From positions 937,183 to 1,001,182 of the forward strand of contig NW_003314317.1 of NCBI RefSeq assembly GCF_000143415.4: a stretch of DNA of 64,000 bases, given 5' to 3'. This DNA comes from Selaginella moellendorffii (Eukaryota > Plantae > Lycopodiophyta). This document shows, piece after piece, positions 10,076-20,913 of the stretch. The first letter of the stretch is position 1. Every line of letters starts with the position of its first letter. Made by a program: the position numbers and the translations under genes. A model generated the notes under the pieces. That model was not told where the DNA came from, did no database searches, and worked only from the letters and a program-made list of their open reading frames with translations.

Positions 10076-11752
10076 TCACGCAAGGAGGAGATTACCTCTT
10101 TGCGTAGCTGTCGGTTTACTCGAGCTCTCTATAGCAGTGGACCCCGAGAGATAGCAGCGTATGCACTCCAGCTCCCAGCAAATCTCCTGAAAGCACTGCC
10201 TCATCTCGGGATTACTAGACCAGCACTGCTGCACCACTCCTCCCAAGAGTGTGTTTACGTATCCCGGCAGCGAAGGCCTCACTCCTGGTTTCATCCAACT
10301 CCCCTTGATCTTTTTAATATCCACTCCTCTGGTCTCGCAAAACGGTACCTCTCCAGTGAGAATGCTGTAGCACGTCATCCCAAAGCTGTAAACGTCCGCC
10401 TTGAGCGTGTACCTCGCACAAAACTCGTCACCACCACCGCGGTCTGGAACCATGACTTCCGGAGCCCTGTAGAATCCTGTGCCTCGCTTCGAAGTGTGAG
10501 CTTGGTCGGAGCACTCCACCGTCTTGGCCGTGCCAAAGTCCGCGAGCTTGAGCAAGAGGCCGCTCGGAGAAGAGCCGGGAGCCCGGGTCAAGAGGATGTT
10601 GCTCGGCTTCACGTCCCTGTGGATGATCTGGAGCGAGTGCAAGTACTTCAGGCCTCGAGCGATCTGGAGCATCATGTCGACGCAGACCAAGGCGGAGAAA
10701 GGTGGCGCAAAGCCGCTTCTTTGCTTGGACTTGTTGATGTAGGACTCAAGATTGCCAGCTTCCATGAGCTCCAGCAGCAATCCATACTTGAGGTCGCTGT
10801 CTCTCTTGAGCTCGACATGGCCGAGAACCTGGACGATGTGAGGATGCTGGAGCTGCAAGTGTAGAGCAGCCTCCCTCACAAACGATGCGTCGTCTTTGAA
10901 GAGCTTAAGAGCGTATCTCTGTCCGAAGGCTTGGACTTCTTGGACGGCGGCGTAGCTCCCACATCCCAGAACGCTTCCCATGACGAGCACTTCGTCTTCC
11001 AGCTGAGTGGAAGCCACAACAACGTCTTGCACGCAGCTAGCCGAGATTCTTGATGGGTGTAACCTCTCCAGCAACAGGTTTGTTGCCTGAAGTTGGTCTT
11101 GCGAGAGATCCGTCCTGTTACTGGCCTCGCCAAGAATTTTCACAGCTTTGAGGAAGAGGGAGGCCCGTTGCAAGAGCTTGCGGAGTGACGTCTCGGTCTC
11201 GGCTATGATTCCCGCAAAGAGCTCGGCGGAAGGAACGGCCTTCTTCTCCACCTGGATGGCATAACTGAGCATCCCCAGCTGCGTCCAAAGCCTGTAGATC
11301 TCATCCCACTTCTTACACAAAGTCTGGTTCGAGATGGCAGCAGCGATCCCAATCGCTGTGGAAGAGTCCTTGCACTCCCTTAGAAGCATCATCTCTTCGC
11401 GAAGAAGCTCCGCAGATCGATCGTGGAGAGTGTCCAGATGGCAGATGAGCTGCGATAAGTTTCTCCCCATACGCCAGTTGACCAACACTACTTTGTCCCT
11501 GTCCTTTCTACCTCCCAAGTACCTGAATAACTTGAAAGCACAACTTCGACGCTTGGTCTTCTCGGAGAGCTTCTTGGTATCGACCCTCAAGCTGCTCAGG
11601 AGGTCGGCTAAAGAATCAGGTTCACCGAGATCAAGACTCCCTGCTTCATCTTCTGCCTTCACTAATCCGGTTCCATCCTTGAGGGACGGAATGAGAGTGC
11701 CGCTCTTACCTGCTGATAACTTCGTAGATGCGGCGATAAGGCACGAGAACAT
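10076..11752 (-). CDS. Protein kinase (TKL-type) with an N-terminal helical domain resembling plant MLKL/HeLo (DUF1221-like) proteins
   Basis: Intact motifs GCGSY, YALK, FVRE, HRDVKPSNILL, LADFG, GTGFYRAPE, DVYSFG. FSALVCVDMMLQIARG and YTLKADVYSFG..ILTGEVPF resemble plant MLKL-type kinases (recalled, not searched). First ATG is at 11752. Confidence 0.85.
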   Translation of the reverse strand: MFSCLIAASTKLSAGKSGTLIPSLKDGTGLVKAEDEAGSLDLGEPDSLADLLSSLRVDTKKLSEKTKRRSCAFKLFRYLGGRKDRDKVVLVNWRMGRNLSQLICHLDTLHDRSAELLREEMMLLRECKDSSTAIGIAAAISNQTLCKKWDEIYRLWTQLGMLSYAIQVEKKAVPSAELFAGIIAETETSLRKLLQRASLFLKAVKILGEASNRTDLSQDQLQATNLLLERLHPSRISASCVQDVVVASTQLEDEVLVMGSVLGCGSYAAVQEVQAFGQRYALKLFKDDASFVREAALHLQLQHPHIVQVLGHVELKRDSDLKYGLLLELMEAGNLESYINKSKQRSGFAPPFSALVCVDMMLQIARGLKYLHSLQIIHRDVKPSNILLTRAPGSSPSGLLLKLADFGTAKTVECSDQAHTSKRGTGFYRAPEVMVPDRGGGDEFCARYTLKADVYSFGMTCYSILTGEVPFCETRGVDIKKIKGSWMKPGVRPSLPGYVNTLLGGVVQQCWSSNPEMRQCFQEICWELECIRCYLSGSTAIESSSKPTATQRGNLLLA

Positions 11753-11820
11753 TGTGCGCAATCCTTTGAAGTTCTCGCAATGCTTTGGTGTTTTCCAAAG
11801 TCAACCAGCTCGTCTAAGTC

Positions 11821-14149
11821 TTAGGCGACCAGCTCCACTGTTCCAGTCTGCTGCCGACAAAGCTCTTCTTGGTTCTCCGGTGTAGTTTCCAAAACCTGGG
11901 ACCCTTCTCGCAACGAGCTCACGCATGCGACTGTGATCTCGTTCGCTTCTACGTCGTTAGCCTGCATTTGTTCGAACAGCTCGGACGCTCTTTCCAGCTG
12001 ACCCTGCTTCACGTAAGCGTCGAGCAGAGCGTTCCAAAATGCGGTAGACTTGTCCGGAGTTCTGTCGAAGAGATTTTGTGCGTCTTCCAGAGCTCCGCAC
12101 TTGCAGTACATGCCCAGCAGCGCCTCTCTGATACCACCATCCTGATACAAATCCTTGCCTTTGATGCTCTCATGAACAGCCTTGCCCCGCTCCAACTCCT
12201 GGAGCTCCGCACAGGCCTTGAGAACGCTGATGATTGTCAGCTTGTAAGGAACCGACTGGACGTTCTGGTAGACGTCGAGAAGCTCTCGCCAGTGTCCGTG
12301 TCTCTCACAAGTTGCTATCATAGCGCTGGAGAGCAGCACATTCTTCGTTGGCACGGACTGGAAGAGCTCCCAAGCAGCATCGTAGAGACCACAGCGGCCA
12401 TACATATGGATCAGAGCGCTTCGTACGACCACGTCCGATTCAAAGCCACTCTCTTCTATGCCGGCATGAAGAAGTCTTCCCTCCGCCAGGCACTCGGCAC
12501 CATTGCATGCGCTCAAGGTGGTCGTGAAGGCAAACTTGTCAACCCGGACACCTTCTAGCCTCATGAGTCTGAAAAGCCCGAGTGCTTCTTTGCTGCGATG
12601 CCACTGTGTGTAGAAGGATATCATATGAGCCCAAGCAACGTCGTCGTATTCGCGTCTCTTCCAGAAAACCTTGGCAGCGTCTTCGAGGCTGCCACACTTT
12701 CCATACATGTTGAGCAATGCGCTGGAGACCGCATCCTCAGTTTCCAAACCTCTCGCAGTGACCACAGCATGAACCTGTCGACCATCTTCGAGAGCTGTAG
12801 CGCCGGCACACGCATTGATCACAGTGACAAAAGTGCTGACGCTTGGAGTGAGCTCCATCTTCCTGTAGAGCTCGAGCGCCTCCTCGTACGCACTATGTTG
12901 GACGTAGACCGAGAGCATTGCGTTCCAAGTGATGATATCTTTCCCCTGGATTTCTTCAAAGACCTTCCTTGCGTCTGTCAGGCTACCGCACTTCCCATAC
13001 ATGTTGAGTAGCGCAGTCTTGACGATGAGGTCGTTCTCAAACCCGTTTCCAGTGAGCTGCGAGTGAATAAGCTTGCCTTCTTGCAAAGCACTCATTTTCC
13101 CGCAGCAATTGAGGACGGTGACAAAGGTGACGTTGTCCGGCTTTACACTCTCGCCTTGCATTCTCTGGAACAGCTTCAATGCCGTCTTGTAGTGACCACG
13201 CTCTGAGTAGGCCGAGATCATAGAAGTCCAAAGAATAGCGTCCCGCGAAACCATCTCGTCAAACATTCTCTGCGCGTCCCTTAAGCTCCCACACTTGAGA
13301 TACATCTCTATGAGATGGTTCCCGAGTATCCTGTCCTGCTCCTGCCCGCTATCCCGAATGTAGCTGTGAATTTTCTTCCCTTGCTGGAGAGCCTTGTTCT
13401 TAGCGCAAACTCGTAAAACTCTAGCGTAAGTGGCACTGTCTGTCTTGTGTATCATCCCTTGCATGCGATCCACTAGAATCTTCAAGTTGTCCTCGTCGGG
13501 ACTCCTGGCAGCACTGTTCTTGTACCCGAAAGCGGCACACGATACTTTGCTACCGTGGTGTTGTCCTCGAAGCGTTTGTGTTTTGTCTCGCCAATCTGGA
13601 TAAGAAACCAAGAACTTGTAACGCTCTGAAAGTCCAGGATGAAAAGAAGTTTAAAAAACTCTCTAGCGCACTCACACAAAAATGCCATCCTTGACGATAC
13701 AAAACATCCAAATCTCCAGACTAAAGATCAAGCATTGGCAGGGAAATTTTTTTCTAGAACGTAAACGCTAAAAGATCTAGGAAAAGGATCGAAACTAGAA
13801 AATATGCCTACACAATTGAATCGGATTCACGAGAAAACATCGAAGAACATACAAAACATCCAAATTTTCAGACGAAAGATCAAGCATTAAGGGGAAAAAA
13901 AATTCTAGAACGTAAAGATCTAGGAAAAGGATCGAGACTAGAAACAATGCCTACACGATTGAATCGGATTCACGAGAAAACATTGAACGATCGAACTACA
14001 AAACGATTGAAAGCAAAGAAAAGAATGCCGCGCAAGAAGAATCTCTCAAGACAGGACATGATCAAGGATAGCATAAGCAACATACCTAGATTTCTTCGCT
14101 TCCTCCTGTGCGCGATCGCCATCGCCATAGACGAGAGCGCGGCCGCCAT
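11821..14149 (-). CDS. PLS-class pentatricopeptide repeat protein with no E/DYW domain (2 exons: 14149-14086 and 13625-11821)
   Basis: Repeated P-L-S motifs (ALLNMYGKCGSLxDARKVFE, DIITWNAML, PDNVTFVTVLNCC). Exon 1 MAAALSSMAMAIAHRRKRRNL joins in frame (G|AG CGT TAC) at ttcag 13626 and looks like a targeting peptide. Confidence 0.9.
13697..13987. repeat. Tandem duplication of about 145 bp inside the PPR intron
   Basis: atacaaaacatccaaat...aaagatcaagcatt...aagatctaggaaaaggatcga...tgcctacac.attgaatcggattcacgagaaaacat occurs twice. Confidence 0.9.
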
Positions 14150-14440
14150 AGCCAAGCTCTCACAGATATTTTCGTGGGCTTTGCTTTGGAAAAATTTAAG
14201 CCTAGGCGGGAAAGGCTTGGTCTAAATGACAACTGTCCTTGGAACACGTGTCCTTAAACCTCCTCTCTTTTTAAAATACCCATTAGGGTTCTTCGCTCTG
14301 CTTGATCATCACGGTATTTCTAGCGACATTTCTCTCGGAGGCAAGATCCTAGCTATTCGAGGTAAGATTTACCGCCTGGCAGTGGCATTTTCTTAGCGAC
14401 CGATCGTTTTCTTGCTGCTAGCAGCTTGGCGCTCACTCTC

Positions 14441-15670
14441 ATGGCGCTGGTCTTGATCTTCTTGCTCGCGATCCGGATATTTCCTGCTACCAGGGCATCG
14501 ACGCTCTCGTCGGATCTCCAAGCCCTCAAGGATGTCAAGGCCGCGGTAGATCCCTCCAGCATTCACTCCACGACCTGTCTCGGCTCCTGGGACTTCGCCG
14601 CCGCCGATCCCTGCGACTCGCGATCCACATCGCATTTCGTGTGTGGCATTGGCTGTAGCAGCGACGATCCTCTCAGCCGCCGCGTCATCAGCTTGATCCT
14701 CGACGGCTCCGGCTACAATGGTACCCTCTCTCCATCGCTGGGCAGCTTGACCGCGTTACAGGTGCTCGATTTCTCTGGAAATTCCTTTCACGGCACCATT
14801 CCAGCGTCCCTGGGCCAGCTGACTAGCCTCATCAAGCTCGACCTGTCAAGGAACTCTTTCACCGGCGCGATTCCAGACACCATCTCACAGCTCTCGAATC
14901 TATCCTACCTCTCCGTCGCCAACAATCACCTCGAGGGGCCGATTCCCAGCTCCATCGCCAATCTATCAACCATCGAGAGGCTCTTCCTCCACAACAACCA
15001 GCTCGCCGGAAAGATTCCCTCGCTAGATGGTTTGCAGAGGCTGAGCTACTTCGACGCTAGCAACAACCGGCTGTCCGAGCTGCCGCTCAAGCTCCCGGTT
15101 TCGCTGCTCCAACTTTCGCTGCGAAGCAACCAACTGGGTGGGAGCTTTCCACAGAATCTAGTCCAGCTCCAGGGGCTGGAAGTTCTGGACCTGAGCTACA
15201 ACCAGTTCGTCGGGCACCTGGATTCGTCGCTGTTCGAATTGCCATCTCTCCAGCAGCTCACGGTCTCGCACAACCAGATCTCTTCGCTGGGTGTTCCACG
15301 ACTTTCCAACGTGGAGAGCGAGCTTGTGGCGGTGGACATAAGTTACAACCAGCTCGAAGGTGCTCTGCCCGTGTTCTTGGCAAACATCAGCAGGCTCTCG
15401 GCACTCTCGCTTCGCTACAACAACTTCAGTGGCACCATCCCTTACGAGTTCGCTTCCAAGGCGAGCTCGGCTTCCAACGAGGTCCAGCCGCTCATGCGCT
15501 TGTTCCTGGACGGCAACTATCTCATCGGCGAGGTTCCTCAGCCATTTCTCGAGGTTCCGGGAAGGTTTAGCGCGAGTTTTATCTACAACTGCCTGGCCAA
15601 GTGCCCGGAGAGCTTTGCGTTTTGCCAAGGAGGTGGACAGAGGCCAAAGTCGGAGTGCCCGACTCTGTGA
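14441..15670 (+). CDS. Secreted extracellular LRR protein with no transmembrane or kinase domain
   Basis: Signal peptide MALVLIFLLAIRIFPATRA, LRRNT (DLQALK..SWDF..DPC), about 10 plant LxxLxLxxNxLxGxIP repeats, Cys-rich C-terminal cap. Confidence 0.93.
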   Translation: MALVLIFLLAIRIFPATRASTLSSDLQALKDVKAAVDPSSIHSTTCLGSWDFAAADPCDSRSTSHFVCGIGCSSDDPLSRRVISLILDGSGYNGTLSPSLGSLTALQVLDFSGNSFHGTIPASLGQLTSLIKLDLSRNSFTGAIPDTISQLSNLSYLSVANNHLEGPIPSSIANLSTIERLFLHNNQLAGKIPSLDGLQRLSYFDASNNRLSELPLKLPVSLLQLSLRSNQLGGSFPQNLVQLQGLEVLDLSYNQFVGHLDSSLFELPSLQQLTVSHNQISSLGVPRLSNVESELVAVDISYNQLEGALPVFLANISRLSALSLRYNNFSGTIPYEFASKASSASNEVQPLMRLFLDGNYLIGEVPQPFLEVPGRFSASFIYNCLAKCPESFAFCQGGGQRPKSECPTL

Positions 15671-17305
15671 GGACTGAATCCAACAGCCAGGAAGGAGGAC
15701 GAGGAAGCGAAAACAGGACAAGAACTATACGTATGCAGCAGTCAGCTCAGCTCTGGGTTTGGATGTCATATACTAACCGCGTGTGGAGGAATTTGCAGTC
15801 ACGTAATACGTCTTACTGTAGGTGAGAGGGAGACGAGCTACCTAGCTTTTGATCAGATCGTCTCTCCAAACTGTTGCTATCCTACATAGAGGTATGGCTT
15901 TGCGCTCCTGGTGTCTTTACTTCTCAGTGTGTGGAAGTTTTTCTCATCGCGTGTCATTTGGCCAGGTGCACAGATGATGAACATGAGGAGAAAGAGGATC
16001 AAGCTTTTCTTTCTTTTTAAGTAGTGCGAAGATCTTTACTGGAGTATCGCGGCAAATCCCAGAAACTTCCAGCTTTTCAAAGGTGCAGCAACAATATCAT
16101 TGTCCTTGAGAGGACCGTATGTCTTTTTACTCAAGTGCTTCTAATAATGTTCTTGGGTTGCTGTTATGTTACAGAATGGAGCCAGTGAGACAGACCAAGC
16201 ACAGATCAGACTGGGAGGATGAGGTAGTAACACCAACAACAACATCCATTACAACAAGGTGTGTGAATCGAGCCCGGGCTTTAGTGGCTTAGAGGAGGTA
16301 CTAGAAAGCAAAGCTGGACTGGGAAATTTTTGGAAGAACACAGGGAATAGGAAGTGGACAGGGCACGTACGAGCGGGAGGAATACAGCTGGTCTGTAGCA
16401 GCATGAATGGTTTTTATTTGGAGTGATTTGGATTCGCCAGACAGCTAGCAAAAGGGAAAGGCTCGATCTTCAATGCTCGGAAAAGGAACTACTTGGGGGA
16501 CCCTGGCACAGTGGTGCTGGTGCTGCTGATGGTGGTGGTGGTGGTGGTGGTCACTCGTGGTGGCCACAAAACTAAGTAGTTTCACTGGTGTACGATGGGA
16601 CTCGACTCGACTCGACACTCTCAATCTCCTTCTCCAGAGGCTGCCAGAGATTCTCACATAAGCTCAGACAATATCACCGTCTTCTACCCAAGATCGGACT
16701 CTGATCGTCCTCATCTGGGAGGGAGATCAAACTTTAAGCGGCGGTGGCACGGATCTATCTACCAGAGGTACGTTTTCTTAATGAAGCTTCGAGCACCGCT
16801 TTTGTCAACAGCCGTGATCTGATGTGGAACGTACTCCAGGCTCACAAGTGGCGCCGCGCGAAAAGGGACACACCTCACAGCCTTTTGATTCATGGCCGAG
16901 TGCATGCGTTTTGGTCTAAAGTTTGTGGCCTGGTAAAACGTATTCATTGAGAGAAATCTGCGAAGATTCACGGGGCAGTATTTTTAATCGTTTCTTTTGT
17001 TTATGCTGATCTTTGGGTTCCTCGTAGGGTTTTTTAGGTCTTAAGCTCTTGCTTGTGCTCCAGTTCTAAACATTCTATTCAGTGAAGAACATGAAGAACA
17101 TTGCCTTGAGTGAAGCAGTGGTGTTGTTGTTGCTCAATTCAATCAATGGAGGTTTTTTTTGTTTGTAAGCGGTGGGTGTCTTTGTCCCCAAACTCCAACC
17201 TTCTTGTTCTCTTTCTTTATTTCTTTTCCCTTTTCTTCACAAAATGTGTATTATTTCGTTTAATAAAGAATTATTAGCAAATTATTGATGAGTTTTAAAA
17301 GAGAG

Positions 17306-17387
17306 CGTCATCAGCAGGAATCGAGCCTGCGCGGGCAAAGCCCAACAGGTTTCGAGTCTGTCTCCTTAACCACTCGGACACACTGAC
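17306..17387 (-). tRNA. trnS: tRNA-Ser (CGA), possibly degenerate
   Basis: GTCAGTGTGTCCGAGTGGTTAAGGAGACAGACTCGAAACCTGTTGGGCTTTGCCCGCGCAGGCTCGATTCCTGCTGATGACG: long variable arm; mismatches in the acceptor and anticodon stems; T-loop reads GGCTCGA. Confidence 0.85.
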
Positions 17388-18458
17388 ATTTACATGTAAA
17401 CTGTGATTAGTCGATGAGACACAAGATATTTTTGACTTCGGCTTCACGCGGCAAAAATAATCATCAATGCTTGTTTAAAAGATCACCCTGATTACATGTC
17501 ATCCGTGTGCGTGCTTTGGCCTAGAAATTTAAGCGTCAATTGTACGCAAACTCACACAAGATACAAGCTCCACGCAAAGGCACGCGTGCATGTAGCATTT
17601 CTTTAATATCCTAAGCTTAGCTTAAGTTAAACTTGGAAGATTCCCCAAGATCACGTCCGGCCTTATAATATTCTTCAAAGGGCAAAACCAACGTCGTCCC
17701 GATTCGTTCGCCTTGGACGTCCAAATCCTGGAATCCGAAACGTTTAGAGTAAACTACGTAGGAGAAATCCCCGCATCGCATTTAATAAAACCAAAGGATT
17801 AACAAGGAAGGCTGTCGGAGAATAATGGGCTTTGCCCTAAACTACATTTTACAAAAGGTGGCGGACATGTTATTAGTGAAAGATGCGCTTTATTTGTAGC
17901 TAAAAGGTATACAAACTATAGCCCTAACCCTAATGCTTCGATCCGACGGCCTGTGACGGCCTGTCAACCTGTCAGCTGTCTTGTCACGGTTAAAACAACA
18001 ACGTAATCGCATTAAATCCAAAGCCCAGTAAAAACGTTTTTCCCGTGAGACGAATTCACGGAATCACCTACCTGAAGTTTGGAAAGCTGGGAACACTTCA
18101 ATGTTCACTAAAAACTATACTCGCTTCTGCTTTGCCTCTAACGTAACGCCCTCTTAACCAAAGCTGGAGTTAGCAGACCACACGTGGAGCAATCCCAACT
18201 GTCGATACCCGACATCGGACGGACGCCGCGGAACCCGTGTCTTATCGTCTGACAGTCAAAAGTACGTCCACGTGTACGCGTATAGCTCAGTTACGGCCAT
18301 GTGGCAGAATATGAGGCGTTGGATGGGGGCGCCCATCGACGGCTGGCAGCGGTCCGGCCCCCGGCGCCGTCAGATGGAACCCAATCAACGGTCCGCGCGT
18401 TTGAAAATGCTTTTCCAGACAGCGATGGTATGCGTTCTCTCTTTTGTTTGTATGATAG

Positions 18459-18512
18459 AAGAGAGGAGAGAGAGAGAGAGAGAGAGAGGGACAAGAAGAA
18501 GAAGAAGAGAGA
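18459..18512 (+). repeat. (GA)n/(GAA)n microsatellite upstream of the ZF-HD gene
   Basis: gagaggagagagagagagagagagagagggacaagaagaagaagaagagaga. Confidence 0.85.
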
Positions 18513-20038
18513 GTTTTAGTGAACTCCCCAGCCTCCGCAACCGGTGCTCCGAGGCTTCGGGGGAGCAATTCCATTCCCCCCAAAATCACTTTTTTTTTCC
18601 CCAGCCTTTGCAAAATTTTCCTTTTTTTTTTGTCCCCGCTGCTTTGCTTTGCTTTGTTTGCTCAAATCCTCGAGAAGTTCCGCAAAGAAACCCATTACCG
18701 TGGGGGCCATTTCCCATTTCTACGCCCTTCTCCTCCTCTTCCTCCGCCTCACTCTACTGCGATCTTCTCTCTGGTGATTCTCCGCTGCTTTCGAGTGATC
18801 ATCCGGCTATTACCGTAATTCACACCGTCCAAGCCGGGGCTAGATCAGAGGTCGAGATTAGCATCCAAGCTCCTGGTTTTTTTTCTTTCATCACTGCATC
18901 ATCATCTCGACATCAGCAAGACCAGCACCAAAGTTTCCAGCTTACTACTATTAAGCAGCAGCAGCAGTTTCTTCATCTCCTCCTTCTTCGTCTTCTTCGT
19001 CCCTGGAAAGTTAAGACTGATCTTGAGATATCCTGGAAAGATAAAAGAGAGTTACCTGGAAGCTAGGGGTCACTGTTTTGAGCTGCTTGATCTTGTTGCG
19101 TTTTTCCTGGCTGTGCTCTGAGCTCTGATTGATTCCTGCTCCTCCTCTTTCTTTCTTTTCCTTCTTTTTTCCTTCCTTGCTGGGCACACTGCTGCTAATG
19201 ATGCAGTAGTAGCAGCAGCCGGAGCAGCATCAGATCAGTGCTTTGCTGATTCACTTGCTTAGTCTTGGCTTGAGCACTAAGTCAGTCCGGTTGAGCAGCA
19301 CCTTGAGTTGAGTGATTGCAAGAGCTTGATGATTATCTTCTTCGTAATAATGCGTTTCTTTGCTTTGCTCTGACCTGGATTCCAATCCAAGCTCTCGTCT
19401 CGCATAGCTCTTGCTCCTTCCTCCCGTGGCCTGTGTGATTTCTTGAGCTCTAAGCCATTCGATCTCCCTTCTTTTTGTGCAGTGTTTGAGTTAAGTTGAG
19501 CCCAGCAGTACGACTCTTCAGTGATGTGCCAGCGGATTAGCGTTTAAAGTCCAAGCCTTTCTCATCCCTTCGTTTTTGAGTGACCCCGGAGAGATAAGAC
19601 TCCTTTTCTTGCTTCCTTAGAGCGTTGTTTTGTGTCACACGCACTGTTCCACAAAACCGCGGCATGGGATGGATACCTGGAGCAAAGTGAAGTCTAAGTT
19701 TCCAAGGAGACCAGGATTGGAATTCCATTACCAGTAGATAAGAGCCGGGTAACACCAACAACATTCTTTTCTCAGCGCTTGTGCCAAATCCTCTCTCTTC
19801 AATCTGCAGTTTATCCACTTTGGTACTACTACTGCAAGCACGCAAGCAAGCGAGGTCCATTAGCACAAGCCAGCGACTTACACAAGTGGTGGTTTAGCCG
19901 AAGGATTTTCCACTCGAGTTGCTGTAAATCCCCCCCGGGTCAAGCTCGCTCCACACTCTCGGGGGCTTTGTCTCAGCAACAGCAGCAACTGCAACCAAGT
20001 AAGCAGTGCTTGAGTCCCTGTTTTGCTCGCAAAGTAGG

Positions 20039-20913
20039 ATGGATTTAGAGGCAGAGATCCCGGTGTCAATGCCTCAGCCGAGCTACCTTCATGACTCGTC
20101 CAACAAGTTGAAGCTCATGGCCAGTGGTGCCAACGGAGTCACGCCCGTCACAGCCGTGGAAGAAGCCGCGGCAGCAGTGGTTGCAGCGTCGCGAGCTACT
20201 TTCGCTGAGCCCATCCTAGCACAACCTCTTGCAGCCGGAACTCCAAACACCGCCACCACCACTAATGGCTCCAAAGTTGAGCCGAGCAAGAAACCGGTGC
20301 GGTACAGGGAGTGCCTCAAGAACCACGCCGCTGGCATCGGTGGTCATGCTCTCGACGGCTGCGGAGAATTCATGCCCAGCGGAGAAGAAGGCACCATCGA
20401 GTCGCTCAAGTGCTCGGCCTGCGACTGCCACCGGAATTTTCACAGACGAGAAGTCGAAGGTGAGCCTCCGTCTTGTGTATCTGCCTGCTTAAAGCTCCTC
20501 CTCATTCGTCCCCAGGTGCCAAGGACGTGATGTCCAAGAAGAAGCCATCGTCAGTCCTCCCGCTGCAGCAACACGGCTCTCCACTGGGTTCCATGGCCCG
20601 CTCCCCGGGAGCTCTCGTCGCTCTGAGTAATTCCGACCAGTCGGATGATCACGACCTTGGAGCTCAGCACCAGACCACGTACAGCTTGGCTCACCACCTG
20701 ATTCCGTCTGCCATCAAAAAGAGGTTCAGGACCAAGTTTACAAACGAGCAAAAGGAAAAGATGTTCCACTTTGCTCACCGGCTGGGTTGGAAAATCCAGA
20801 AGCACGACGAGGGCGAAGTGCAGCAGTTCTGTGCTGATGTCGGGGTCAAGCGGCACGTCCTCAAGGTGTGGATGCACAATAACAAGAACACCTTCGGGAA
20901 GAAGATGAGCTGA
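20039..20913 (+). CDS. ZHD: Zinc-finger homeodomain (ZF-HD) transcription factor with one intron (about 20460-20515)
   Basis: [43 protein letters not shown] and [26 protein letters not shown]; the two frames are joined by gtgag...cccag. Confidence 0.95.

Noticed and set aside
15804-15870. Short stem ggagacga...tcgtctc as a miRNA precursor
   Set aside because: Stem too short and no match to conserved miRNAs I recognise.
16445-16657. His/Gln-rich 70-aa ORF
   Set aside because: Driven by a trinucleotide microsatellite; no signal peptide or known peptide motif.
18272-19066. 264-aa ORF
   Set aside because: GTG start and runs through microsatellites and poly-T; looks like promoter or UTR sequence.
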